A stretch of 64,000 bases of DNA, taken from contig NC_086097.1 in the NCBI RefSeq assembly GCF_963921235.1, positions 177,818,001 to 177,882,000 of the forward strand. Direction: 5' to 3'. The notes beneath the pieces are model-generated. The model did no database searches, was not told the DNA's origin, and was given only the letters and a program-made list of their open reading frames with translations. The translations under genes were made by a program, and so were the position numbers. The stretch comes from Mobula hypostoma (taxonomy: Eukaryota). Positions 36,111 through 49,930 of this stretch are shown here, one piece after another (within the stretch, counting starts at the first letter, position 1; every line of letters begins with the position of its first letter).

Positions 36111-37859
36111 CCTTTGTACACACTGAGCAGCTTGGGTAGAAGCTGAGATGTTTCCAGTAATGAGAGAACTGGAAAGCACAATGTTTTGACTGAAACCATA
36201 AGGGGTACAGATAGAGCAAGTGCACACAGTCTTTCTTCCGGGAAAGGAAATCAAAAACACAGGGAACAGTTTCAAGGTGAGATGGGAAAGATTTAAAAGG
36301 AACTCGAAGAGCAAATTCTTCATGCAGGGGGTATTATGCAGAAGAAATGAGCTGCCAGAGGAGGTGATTGAGGTAGGTACAATTACAACATTTAAAAGAC
36401 ACTTGGAGAGGAAAGGCTTAGAGGGGTTGTCTATCCAATTCCAATACAAGGATCCATCACAGACCCATCCCACCCCACCATCGAGGACAAGAGGGTGTCT
36501 AAAGAAGGTGGCATCCATTATTAAGGAGCATCTGGACCATGCCCTCCTCTCATTATTATCTCAGCAGGAGGTACAGGAGGCTGAGGATCCACGTTCAATG
36601 TTTTAACAACAGTTTCTTTCCTTCTACCATCAAATTTCAGAAAAGTGCATGAACCCATGAACACTACCTTACTACCTCGTCTTCTTTTTGTATTTATAAT
36701 AATTTTATACGGCACTTTTGCACGGTCCTACCACCGCAAAACAACACTTTTCACAACATACTGTATGTCAGTGATCATAAACCTGGTTCTTATTCTGATC
36801 TTCTTCAGATAATGCCTCGGGATCAAGGTGATTGATGAAAAGCCTTTAGTCTTTTGTAGATGGGGCAAAGAGAGGTTGTTTCAGGATTGTGTCTTTGGGA
36901 AACACGCTGCAAGCATTTTGTTACGTTAGAGATCATCATAACCATTTCTCATCGTATTTACAGATTGCCTGGAGGAAAGTGTCATAAGATGTCTGAAGCC
37001 AGTGGAGTTCCAGTGACGCAGGTTCAATCGTGACCTCGGGCACTGTTTGTGTGGAGCTTGCACATTCTTCCTGTGATCGTCCAGGTTTCCTCAGATGTTC
37101 CGGTTTCCTCCACATGCCAAAGACGTGCTGGTTGGAAGGTTAATTGTCCCTAGTCTATAGGTGAGAGGTAGAATCTGGGGGGAAATTGATGGGAATGTGG
37201 AGAAAATAAAATAGGATTAGTGGGAGATTAGTGCAAATGATGGTTGATAGACAGTGCAGACTGGATGGGCTGAAGGGCCAGTTTTAGTGCACTCTCACTT
37301 TGTTATTATTCCAAGAAAGTACTGGGCAGCATTTACAAAGAGTGACACCACTGTGAGAGAGAGTTAACAATATTTTCCATCCTTGGTTCACTTGTCCTGA
37401 GTTTAATTCGAACATTTGTTCCATCAGCGTTTCTCATAAATTACCCATTATTAAAAAGCCCAGGGCAAAGAGGTAGAGCTGTTGGGGAAATCAAATTGTT
37501 ATCGATTTAGTTATTTTTTCAGATTTCGTTTTAAAAATTATTTCTGAAGATGTTTTACCTTCGCTGGGTGACAGTTGCTAAATGCAGCTTTGCAGAAATA
37601 TCTATTAAAACCTAAAGGTGCTGCTTCTGAGACTTACACAGTTACTAAGTGTTACTTACATGTTACAATATGTTTACTGGGCTTGTAATCTTCATGTCTG
37701 GGCTACTGAGTACAAATCTCACAAGGGAATTGTAAATTCAGTAAAACAAAAGCTCTGTCATTGATTCAGGAAGGGGAAGGCAGTGCATTTGCTCCTCTTT
37801 ACATCACAAGTGCAGGGCTCAAGAGGTTTGAGAGTTTGAAGTTCCTAAGAGTGAACATT

Positions 37860-39525
37860 AGGAAGGTAGGTGTGAGAAGGTTGGGAAAGTGTTGGAATCT
37901 ATTATTAAGGAGGAGGTTTCAAGGTACTTTACGACTAATGATAAAATAAGTCAAAGTCAGCACGGTTTCTTGCCTGACAAATCTGACACTTCTTTTTCCC
38001 TTATTAGGGAGAGAGAAAGCGAGCCTGTGGTATGCCAAATTACCGGGTGAGTGTGTAGTCTTTAGGGTACTGCAAGTCTGCGTCTTTATTAATGCTTTGT
38101 TGCACACTTGAGTGCTCTGTGGAGGATGCCGATGCTTTTTTTGGTGGTGGGGGAGTTCATTGCTTTTCTGCCGTTTGTGCGTGGGAGGGGGAGCTGGTAG
38201 GTGCTTCGGAGTTCTAACGTTTAACTGTCATTCATCCCTTGGGGAACTCTTCTGTTTTCGTGGATGTTTGTGAAGAAAAAGAATTTCAGGATGTATATTG
38301 TGTACGTTTCTCTTACATTAAATGTACCTATTGAACCTATTGAGCAAGTAACAAGCAGGGTGGACAAAGGAGAAGCAGTGGTTGTCACCTACTTGGATTT
38401 TCAGAAGGCATTTGATAATGTGCCACTCATGAAGCTGCTTAACAAGATCAAATCCTATGGCATTACATGAAAGATACTGGCATGGATAGAGGAATGGCTG
38501 ACAGGCAGCAAGAGGGAATAAAGGGGGCTTTTCTGGTTGGCTGCCAGGGACTAGTGGTGTTCCTCAGGGGTCAGTTTTGTGACCGCCACTTTTCACATTA
38601 TTTGTCAATTATTTGGATAATGGAATTGATGGATTTGTGGCAAAGTTTTAGATGATACGAAGATAGGTGGAGGGGTAGGTGGTGCTGAGGAAGCAATGCG
38701 ATTGCAGCAGGATTTAGACAAATTGGAAGAATGGGCAAAAAAAGTGACAGATAGAATACAGTGTTGGGAAATGTTTGATAATGCATTTTGGTAAAAAGAA
38801 CCACAAGTCAGACTATTATCTAAATGGGGAGAAGGTTCAAACATCAGAGGTGCAGAGGGAGTTAGGAGTCCTCATGCAAGACTTCCAGAAGGTTAATTTA
38901 CAGGTTGAGTCTGTGGTGAAGAAGGCAATTGCAATGTTGGCATTTATTTCAAGTGGAATAGAATATAAAAACAAGGAGATAATGTTGAGGCTTTAGTCAG
39001 GCCGCACTTGGAGTATTGTCAACAGATTTGGACCCCATATCTCACAAAGGATGTGCTGTCTTTGGAAAGAATCTAGAGGAGGTTCACGAGGATGATTCCA
39101 GAAATGAAGAGGTTAACATATGAGGAGCATTTGGCAGCTTTCGGCCAGTACTCACTGGAATTTAGAAGAATGCGGGGGGATCTGAATGTTGAAAGGACTG
39201 GATAGGATGGATGAGAAGAAGATGTTTCCTGTGGTGGGGGTATCCAGAACTAAAGGGCACAGCCTCAGAATTGAAGGGTGACCTTTTAGAACAGAGATAA
39301 GGAGGATTTTTTTTAGCCAGAGAGTAGTGAATTTGTGGAATTCTCTGCCACAAACTGCTGTGGGTATATTGAAGGCAGAAGTTGATAGTTTCCTGATCAG
39401 TCAGGGCATCAAGAGATATGGTGAGAGGGCAGGCGTATGGGTTTGAGTGGGTTCCAGGATCAGCCATGATGGAATGGTAGAGCAGACTCAATGGCCTAAT
39501 TCTGCTCCTATGTCTTATGGTCTAA
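37860..39525 (+). mobile_element. CR1-clade LINE 3' part, with a different repeat inserted at about 37990-38343
   Basis: VDKGEAV.V.YLDFQKAFD.VP; MHFGKKN...YYLNGEK; CR1 tail. The insert ends with tandem CCTATTGA(A). Confidence 0.85.
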
Positions 39526-42469
39526 CATATTCAACGGCCTGAGCTGGTACAATATCAGTGCGACAGCCAAGAGGGCTCACCAACGGTTATACTTCCACAA
39601 GAGACTAAAGAAATGCGGCATGGCTCTTTTGACCCTCTCCATTTTTCACTGATGCACCACAGAAAACATCCTTTCTGGATGTATCACAGCTTGGTGTGGC
39701 AACTGCTGTACCAGTGGCTGCAACAGACAGTGCATCACGGAAACCAGCTTCTCCTCCATGAACTCTGTAAAACAGCCAACAAAAGCAAAAACCCCACATA
39801 TCCTGAACATTCTCCTTCTCCCTCCTCCCATCAGGGGGAAGACACAAATGCTTGAAAGCATATACCACCAGGATAAAGGACAACTTCTGTCCTACTGTTA
39901 TAGGACTATTGAACAGTCACCTAGTATGAGAAGATGGACAAAATTGACTTTATAATCTAATCTTTATGGGTTTGCACCTTATTGGCTGCCTGCAATGCAC
40001 TTTCTCCATAACTGTAACACTTTATTCTACATTCTGCTATTGTTTTACCTTGCACTACATCAAGTGCACTAATGAATTGATCTGTTTGGACAGTATGCAA
40101 GACAAGAATTGTACCTTGGTACATGTCACAATAGTAAACCAAATTACTAAATTACCAGCTGCCATCTCTTGTGTTTCTATTTGTGCAATCTGAATTGTAG
40201 GATCATTTGTTAATTGCTTGTAATGCACTTTGGAATGTGTCAAGGATGGCTAAGGTGCTACAGTAATACAAATCTCTCTCCTTCCTCTGTAATGCTCTCT
40301 AGCCCAGAACTGACAAGCCACTTCCAATTCCAGGGAGACTCTCTGTTCACAGAACAATATCCAATTATAAAAGCACAACCAAGCCTTCGGGGCATGAAGG
40401 AAGGCAGCCTATGGTAGTCTTTAATGTTTGAAGAAAGACACATGCTAAACATTAAAGAGAAAATTCTTTTTCTTTTCATTATTTTATCTTGCTCTCAACC
40501 AAAGCACCACAGAATCCATCAGAAAAGATGAGTATTTCTACTGTCAGTGAGGCTGTACGCAATGGCATTACGGAGTCCACAGCTTAGCAAGCCAGACATA
40601 ATAGAATAATGAAACGATAAGAATTAACCAGGCGGTCGTTTGGCCCATTTGTCCTTGCCGGCAAAAATAAAGTAATGGAGTTCTGCAGCATTGAAAGAGG
40701 ACAGATGCTCTCAGCAGATCTAATTCATTGATACAGCCATGAAGAAGACACACCAGCAGTTATAATTTGTTAGGAATTTGAGGAAATTTGGTATGCAACC
40801 AAATTTCTATAGTTGTACAGTGTGGAGTGTTCTAACTGGTTGCATCACAGTCTGGTAATGGAGGCTTGAGTCCCTGAGACCACAGAACATACAACTGAGC
40901 CTGTACAGCACAGTCCAGGCCCTTTGGCCCATGATGTTGTGCCAACTTTTTAACCTACTCCAAGATCTATCCAACACTTCTCTCCCGCATAATCCTTCAT
41001 TTTTTTCTTTCATCCACGTGCCTATCCACTTATTTACTTAAACCCAACATCCTACTGCGGAATAGACCTCTGACAGTAGCTTGCAGAGCCCTCTGTCCTG
41101 GGCCAGTCTTCCAAATTGTCCCCAGGTGGAGCCCATCTTCTTGGCGTATCCTTCCTCTGCCAGGGATGAGGTCTTTGGAGCTTCCGTTGGCGTTTCTGTA
41201 GCACTGGGTTTTTATGGGCTGGGGTTGCTCAACCCTTCTACTTTCCCAGCTGGGCTAGGGCCCATCCATAGTGGAGTTAGATGCCTACCTAACTGTCCCT
41301 AATGTATCTGCCTCTACTGCAACCCTAGCAGCACCTACCACTCTCGATGTCAAAACACCTACCTCTGACACCCCCATACTTTCCTCAATCACCTAAAAAT
41401 GATGCCCCCTGGTATTAGCCATTCCAGCCCTGAGAAAAAGGGCACTAGCTATCCACTCAATAGATGCCTCTTATCATTTTATACTCTTCTGTCAAGTTGC
41501 TCTCATTCTCCTTTGCCCCAAGGAGAATAGCCATAGCTCACTCAACCTTTTCTCATGAGATATGTTCTCCAGCCCAGGCATCATTCTGGTTCATCTCCTC
41601 TGCACCCTTCCTAAAGTTTCCACCTCCTTCCTGTAATGAGGTGACCAGAAATGAACACAATACCCCAGGTGTGGTCTACCTACGGTTTTTATAAAGTTAA
41701 GAATCCTGCCATTAACCCTGGGCAAGCAAAGGAAGGAGTGACCTTTCCACTTCTGCATCACGCACCTCTTGTCCATCTACGGAAGGAAATGCAAGTCCCA
41801 TATTAGCCTCAGTATTACTTAAGAATCCAAGGAAACATAGCAATGGTAAGTCATCATTGATACCAAGGGATGAGCTGAGAAGAAATAGAATATTAAAAAT
41901 TCCATCACCCCGCAAGTCTGTGACAATTTGCTACTATATTAAAAACTAGGGCAGGGAATCTATTGCATTTTAATTATAGATTTCTAAATGATACTTGCTA
42001 AGGCAATTATAAGGCTCTTTCGGCAGTGTCTCCAGGAGAGGGAAGTAACAATTTCCATCATTGTTAGGCCAGCGTTTATCACCACTCCGAATTGCCCCTG
42101 AGCAGCTGGGGGTGATCTGCCTTCCTGAAGGGCTGCCGTTCTGCCAGTGAAGGTTCACCCACGGTGCTGTTGGGAAGAGAGTTCTAGAATAGTTATAATG
42201 GGAGGCTGTTCAAGATTCAAAGTAAAGTACAGTATATATACTGTATGTCACCATATACAACCCAGAGTTTCATTTTCTTGTGGGCATTCACAGTAATCAC
42301 AAGAAACACAATGAAATTAATGGAAGACCACACCTATTAGAATGGACAAACAACAATGTGCCAAAGACAACAGACTACAAATACAAAAAGAAAAAAAACA
42401 TAATTAATAAATAAATAAGCAGGCAAGTAATAAGTATCAAGAACATGAGTTGAAGAGTTCCTGAAAGTG

Positions 42470-43065
42470 AGCCCACAGGCAGTGAGTGAAGTTGTCCCCT
42501 CTGGTTCAAGGGCCTGATGGTTGAGGGGTAATCCTGAGGCTCCTCTACCTTCTTCCTGATGGCAGCAGTGAAAAGAGAGCATTGCCTGGATGGTGGCAGT
42601 CCTTAATGATGGATGCTACTTTCCTGCAACAGTGCTCCTTGTAGTGTTCTACCCGTAATCCACTACTTTTATACACTTTTCCATTCAAGGGCATTGTTGT
42701 TTCCATACTAGGCCATGATGCAACCAGTCAATATACCCTCCAACACATAGCTACAGAGGTTTGTCCGTGCTTTAGATGATATACCAAATCTTCACAAACG
42801 TAGAGGTTCTTTGTAGTGGCACTTACATGCTGGGTGCGGGATAGGTCCTCTGAAATGATAAGACCGAGGAATTTAAAGTTGCTGACCCTCTCCACCTCTG
42901 ATCCCCTGATGAGGACAGGCTCCTGGACCTTCAGTTTCCTCCTCCTAAAGCACCTCCTTGCTCTTGCTGACATTGAGTAAGAGGTTGTTGTTGTGGCACC
43001 ACTCAACCAGATTTTCAATCTTCCTCCTATGTGCTGATTCATCACCTCCTTTGATTCAGCCTACG
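42470..43065 (-). mobile_element. Rex1-like LINE fragment, older
   Basis: EVERVSNFKFLGLIISEDLS.TQH on the minus strand, homologous to the Rex1 copies. Confidence 0.7.
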
Positions 43066-43948
43066 TGACTCCTCACTGTGGTTTCCATTTAACTCTCTTT
43101 CTCTTCTCCCTCCCTTGCCCTAAACCTCTCCCTTCCTATTCCTTAGCACCCCGTCTGACTCCACAAAGCACCCTATCACTTTCCCACTTCTTCTGTTTCC
43201 TCCCATCTCCCTTCTTCCAAACTCACTCACACCCTTTCACACTCTCACCTTCTTCAGCCACCACTCACGTTGTTTTTTGGTTGGCTCCCCCCCCCCTTTG
43301 CTGTCACCTCCCTGTCCCTTCCCGGTTCTGCGTGAATAGGCGCGATCCCTCACTCGATTTCTTCATGTCATCAAGGAGTGGCTGTCTTGCTATCTCACTC
43401 TCTGGTTTAGGTGAGGGAGAGCTGTCCAATCTACGGTGGGTTTCCTCCAGGTCCTCCTGTTTACTCCCACAATCCAAAGACGTACCAGTTGGTGGTTAAT
43501 TGGTCATTGTAAATTGTCCCGTGATTAAATCCGGGATTTGCTCGGGGTCACAGCTCAAAGCGCTGGAAGGGCCTGCTCCATGCTGTATCTCAGTAAATGT
43601 TCTGTCATGTACCAAGGTAGAGTGAAAAACTTTGTTTTGTGTGCCAACTGTACAGATCATCTCACCACATCTGTGCATCGAGTTAGTACACGGGGAAAGC
43701 AATAACAGAATACAGAATGATGCATTACAGTTACAAAGAGATTGCAGTGAATTCAGTTGGCTAGATGACAATGCAGTCAGCATGGACTCATTGGGCTGAG
43801 TAGCCTGTATTCATGCTGTATCGCTCTATGGCTGTATGACTCTAATTGGATGTTGTATTGGTGGCGTCTGAGGATCCATACCTAGGCACGTACACACAAT
43901 CTCTCATCTTCCCCGTCCCGTTGGGCAGAGGATGCAAGAGTTCGAGAG

Positions 43949-44300
43949 CAGGCACCACCAGACTAGAGAGCAGGCACCACCAGACTCGAGGACAGAGACC
44001 ACCAGACTCGAGAGCAGGCACCACCAGACTCGAGGACAGAGACCACCAGACTCAAGAGCAGGTACCACCAGACTCGAGCGCAGGTACCACCAGACTCGAG
44101 CGCAGGTACCACCAGACTCGAGAGCAGGTACCACTAGACTCGAGAGCAGGTACCACCAGACTCGAGCGCAGGTACCACCAGACTCGAGAGCAGGTACCAC
44201 CAGACTCGAGGACAGGCACCACAAGACTCGAGGACAGGTACCACCAGACTCAAGGACAGGCACCACCAGACTCGAGGGCAGGCACCACCAGACTCGAGGA
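43949..44300. repeat. Minisatellite, 16 x 22 bp (CAGGTACCACCAGACTCGAGAG and variants)
   Basis: Counted directly: 352 bp equals 16 units with substitutions only. Confidence 0.95.
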
Positions 44301-46399
44301 CAGCTTTTATCCCGCTGTTGTAAGATTTTTAGAGTATGACACTCAGATGAATTCTTCGTCTCCCAATCTATCTATTTGTGGGCCTTTCATTTTGTCTCAC
44401 TGCACTGAACTTTCCCTGTAACTGTAACATTATATTCTGCATTCTGGTTTCCTTTTCACTCCTATAATATGCAATGTATGGAATGATTTGACTGGATGGC
44501 ACACAAAGAAAAACTTTCCACACTACCTTGGGACATTTGACAGCAACAAATCAATACCACTTCTAGTTCCAGTCTCCACAATAACAGTGGCTGTGCTGTT
44601 GCCTATCACCATTCAAGGCTGGATGTGGGATCACTTACCTCGGTATATTGCATGCTCTCTGGGTGTGATCCTAAGTGAGGGATATGCCAGGTTTGCAGAA
44701 TGCTGATTGTGGAGATGTTAGGAAATATGACGCTGCTGCTGATCGCAACCCCAGCATCTCATAGACACCAGTTCGGCCGATCTGTTCTAGTGAAAGATCA
44801 TCGACTTGTTTGCCGACCTGTTGACTGATTAGTTTACTTTATTACATGAATCAGTCCCCAGTTCCAGTTTCTCTGCAATTCCCCCAAACCTTCCAGCCCT
44901 AAGATGAAAATCTAACTCTTCAAAGCAGAGGGACCTTGGGGTCCAAGTCTATATCTCAAGAACGTGGCCACACAAGTAGATAGGATGGTAAAGGAGGTAC
45001 ATAGCATGCTTCCTTTTCTCACTGGGAGCACGGAGTACAGATGTAAGTTTACACCTGCATAAAACTTTGGTTGGTCTGCACTTTGAGTGTTGTGTACAGT
45101 TTTACATGGATTGAAGAAAAGAGGAGGGCTATGTACGTGGGAGGGTTTAGATTTAATATATTTGAAAAAGTTCATCACAATATCATGGGGCAAATGGCCT
45201 ATTCTGTGCTGTTCTATGTACTCCAGGAAGGATGTGGACGCTTTGAAGTGGGTGCAGAAGGGGTTTACCATGATGCTGCCTGGATTAGAGGGCACAGAGG
45301 AGAAGTAGGACAAACTTGAGTTGTTTTGTCTGGGATGGCGGAGACTGGGGGAAGACCTGAGAGAAATGTATAAAATTATGAGTGACATAGATAGGGTATA
45401 CACTCAGAATCTCTTTTCTTGTGATAAGTTAGACTAGAGGCTATAGGGTTAGGGTGAGAGGGGGAAAGTTTAAAGGAGACTTGTATAGTATTGGTACAGT
45501 ATTTGTTTATTATTGTCATATGTACTGAGATACAGTATCGTGTAAAGCTTGTCTTGCATACTGTTCATACAGATCAAATCATTACACAATGTACTGAGCT
45601 GGAATAGCATAAAACAATAACAATGAACAATAAAGTGTAAAGACTGCTGGAAAAGTGCCATGCAGTTAAATAGCAAAGTGCAAGAGTCTGATAACAGTGG
45701 GATAGAAGCTGTCCTTGAGCCTGGTGTTACATATGTGCTTTCAGACTTCTGTATCTTCAGCCCAATGGGAAACGGGAGCAGAGAGAATTTCTGGGGTGGG
45801 TGGAGTTTTTGATTATGTTGGCTGCTTTACGGAGGCAACGAGAAGTATTGACAGAGTCCATAGAGGGAAGGCTGGTTCCTGTGATGTGCTGAGCTGCGGT
45901 TTCTTGTGGTGACATGCAGAGAGTTGCCATACTAAACCATTATGCATCCAGACAGAATTCTTTCCATAGTGCATTGATAAAAACTGTTAAAAGTCATCAG
46001 CATGGCAACACTTTGTCGACATTCGTCATGACTTTCAGGGAACTATGGCCTCAGCATTCCTCTATTCATCAGCATTTTGCCCTACCCCAATCGGACTGCT
46101 GGAAGTGCATCATCTCATACGTGTTGGGATGAAATTCCACTTGACCACGCTTCGCCCGGCATTCAACCTGACTTTAACATATTTAAAGATTAGCTTTTAT
46201 TTGTCGCATGTACATCAAAACATCAAATAATACAGAGAAATGCATCGTTTGTGTCGACACCCACACAGACCGAGGATGTGCTGGGGGCAGCCGACAAGTA
46301 TTGCCACGCCTCCAGCACCAACAAGGCATGCCCACAACTTAGTAACGCTAACAAATACAGTAGGTCTTTGAAATATGGGAGGAAAATAGAGTCCTCAGT

Positions 46400-49300
46400 G
46401 GGCAGCCAGTGCAGAGCACCCGTTGGCCATTCCCCTCAATAATAAGTATGCTGCTTTGGATATTGTTGGGGGGAGTGGTAGAATGACCTACTGGGGGGAG
46501 CTGCTACAGTGGGAACTTTGGCACCAAGTCTGGCGCAGTAACGTAGAAGGGAAGTGGGGAGAAGAGGAGTACAGTGGTGATAGGCGATTCCATAATTAGA
46601 CGAACAGAAAGAATATTCTGTGGACTTGAAAGAGACACCCGGAGGGTAGGTTGCTCCGAGGTGCCAAGGTCAGGGATGTATCAGATCAGAGCCATGGCAT
46701 TCCAAAGGGGCAGGTTAAGCAGCCACCAGACTTGGCACCAGCGACATAGGTAGGAAAAGGGAGGGGGGATCCCCTGAAGACAGAATTTAGGCAGGCAGGA
46801 CCTCCAGGGTAGTAATCTTTAGATTGTTGCCTGTGCCACGTGCCAGTGAGGGTAAGAATAGGATGATTTAGCAGATGAATGAGTAGCTGAAGAAATGGTG
46901 CAGGGGCAGGGCTTCAGATTTCTGGATCTCTTCTTGGGAAGGTATGACCTGTACAAGAGACAGGTTACACCTGAACCCAGGGGGGACCATTATCTTTATG
47001 GACAGATTTTCTAGAGCTGTTGCTGAGGGTTTAAACTAATTTAGCAGTGGGATGGAAACCTGTGTGATTGGGCTGAGTTGGGATACAACTCGATGCAGTG
47101 AGACTGTCAGGAAGGACAAGCAAATGACAGGGCAAATTTGCAGTCAATGGGTTGAGTTTCATTGTAACGTGGGGAAAAATTTGAAAAGGGTGACAGATAC
47201 AGGAATGAAGGTGTTACATTTGGTTGCATGCAGTATATGGAATAAGGTAGATGATCTTGTTGTGCAGTTAGGGATTGGCAAGTATGACGTTGTGGTCAAC
47301 ACAGTGTCGTTGCTGACAGAAGATCATAGTTCAGAGGTTAACATCCAAGGATACACATTATATCGAAAGGACGGGCAGGTAAGCAGAGGGTGTGGGGTGC
47401 CTCTGTTGGTGAAAAATGAAATTAAATCTTTAGAAAGAAGTGATATAGGATCGGAAGATGTAGAATCCTTGTGGGTAGAATTAAGAAACTGCAAGTGTAA
47501 AAAGACCCTGACAGGAGTTTATATACAGGCCTCCCAACAATACCCAGGATGTGAGCTATAAATTACAACAGGAAATAGGAATGCATGTTAAAAGGACAAT
47601 GTTGCAATAATCACGGGAATTTCATTATAAAGGTAGATTGGGAAAATCAGGTTTGTGCTGATTTTGGATTGCTAGAGAGAGAATTTATAGAATGCTTATG
47701 AGATGGCCTTTTAGGGCAACTTGGGCTTGAACCTTCAAGGGGAAAGTCCACTCTGAATTGGGTGTTGTGTAATGGTCTGGATTTGATTAAGGAGCTTAAA
47801 GTAAAGGGACTCTTACGTTAAGTTGATTGGAAGGGGCAATAGCAAGGATGACAGCAGAACAGCAATGGCTGGAGATTCTGCAAGCAATTCGGAAGGTGCA
47901 AGATAGATACATCCCAAAGAACAAGTATCCTAAAGGCAGGAAGATGCAACGGTAGCTGACAAGGGAAGTCAAAAACTGCATAAAATCAAGAGAGAGGGCA
48001 TATAATGGAGCAAAAATTAGTGGGAAAATAGAGGATTGGGAAGTTTTTTAAAAAACCAACAGAAGGCAAATAAAAAACTTTAAAGGGGAGAAGATGAAAT
48101 ATGAAGGTAAGCTAGCCAATGAGATCATAGTGGATACCAGCAGTTTTTTTCAGATATATAAAAAGTAAAATAGAGGTGAGAGTAGGTATTAGGCCACTGG
48201 AAAATAACACTGGAGAGGTTGCAACGGAGGACAAGGAAATGTCAGATCAACTAAATAAGTATTTTGTATCCATCTTCACTGTGGAAGACACTACTTATAT
48301 GTTATAAATTCAAGAGTGTCAGGGAGCAGAAGTGTGTGCAATTGCCATTAATAAGGAGAAGGTGCCTGGGAAGCTGGAAGGTCTGAAGATAGATAAGTCA
48401 CTTGGACCAGATGGACTACATCCCAGGGTATTGAAAGAGGTAGTTGAAGAGATTGTGGAGGCATTAGTAATGATCTTTCAAGAATCACTAGATTCTGGCA
48501 TGGTTCTAGAGGACTGGAAAATTGTAAATGTCACTCCACTCTTCAAGAAGGGAGGGGGGCAAAAGAAAGAAAATTATAGGGCAGTTAGCCTGACCTCAGT
48601 GGTTGGAAAGATGCTGGAGTCGATTGTTAACATTACCTGGAGGCACATAATAAAATAAGCCAAAGTCAGCATGATTTCCTGAAGGAAAAATCATGCCTAA
48701 CAAATCTGTTGGAATTATTTGAGGAATTAACAAGCAGGATACACAAAAGAGAATTGGTGGATGTTGTGTACTTGGATTTTTAGAAGGCCTTTGACAAGGT
48801 GCTGCACATAAGGCTGTTTAACAAAATAAGAGCCCATGGTATTACAGGAAGATACTGGCACGGATAGTGGATTGGCTGACTAGCAGGAGGCAAAGAGTGG
48901 AAATAAAGGGAGCTTTTTCTGGTTGGCTGCCAGAGACTAGTGGTTTCCACAAGCGTCAGTGTAGTTACCACTTCTTTTTACGTTATATGTCAACGATTTA
49001 GATGATGGAATTGAAGGCTTTGTGGCCAGGTTTGCAGACAATATGCAGATAGGTGAAGGGGCAGGTAGTGATTAGGAAGCAGAGAGGCTGCATAAGAATT
49101 TAGACAGATTAGGAGAGTAGGTAAAGAAGTGACAGATGGAAAACAATGTCAAGAAGTGTATGGTCATGCACCTTTTTTTTAGAAGCAGAAATGTAGAATA
49201 TTTTCTGGTCAACAGAAAGTTCAAAAATCAGAGGTGCAAAGGGACTTGGGAGTCTTGTGCAAGATTCCCTAAACGTTACTTGCAGGTTGAGTCAGTGGTG

Positions 49301-49930
49301 AGGAAGCCAAATTCAATATTAGCATTCATATTGAGAGAACAAGAATATAAAAGCAAGGATGTAACATTGAGGCTTTATAAAGCACTGGTGAGGCCTCACT
49401 TGGAATATTGTGAGCAGTTTTGGGCCCCTTATCTAAGCATGTATGTGCTGACATTGGAGAGGGTTCAGAGGAGGTCCACGAGAATGATCCCTGGAATGGA
49501 AGGTTTATTGTATGAGGAGTATTTGATAGGCTTGTATTCACTGGACTTTAGAAGAATGATGTGTGATCTAATTGAAACCTATTGAATGTTGAAAGGCCTA
49601 GATAGGGTGGATGTGGAGAGGATGATTGATATAGTCTAAGACCAGAGGGCATAGCCTCAAAATGGAAGGAGACGAGGAGGCATTTCTTTATCCAGAAGGT
49701 GGTGAAATTGTGGAATTCATTGCCACAAACAGCTGGGGAGGCCCGGTCATTGGGTGTATTTAAGATGGAGGTTGATAGGTTCTTGATTAGTCAGGGCATT
49801 GAAGGTTACAGGGGAAGGCAGGGGACTGGGGTTAAGAGGGAAAATGGATCGGCCATGATCAAATGGTGGAACAGGCTTGATGGGCCAAATGGATTAATTC
49901 TGCTCCTATCTTTTATGGTCTTATGGTCAT
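46400..49930 (+). mobile_element. Long CR1-clade LINE (ORF1 esterase, endonuclease, RT, tail), decayed
   Basis: VVIGDSIIR (ORF1); SIWNKVDDL...YDVV...LYRKD...ESLWVELRN (endonuclease); KSLGPDGLHPRVLKE...FKKGG..KENYRAVSLTSVVGKMLE; LVRPHLEYCEQFWAP; tail (TATGGTC)n. Confidence 0.92.

Noticed and set aside
43846..44421. 191-aa and overlapping repetitive ORFs; CRISPR-like appearance
   Set aside because: A head-to-tail 22-bp minisatellite with no unique spacers. The ORFs arise because the unit lacks stops.
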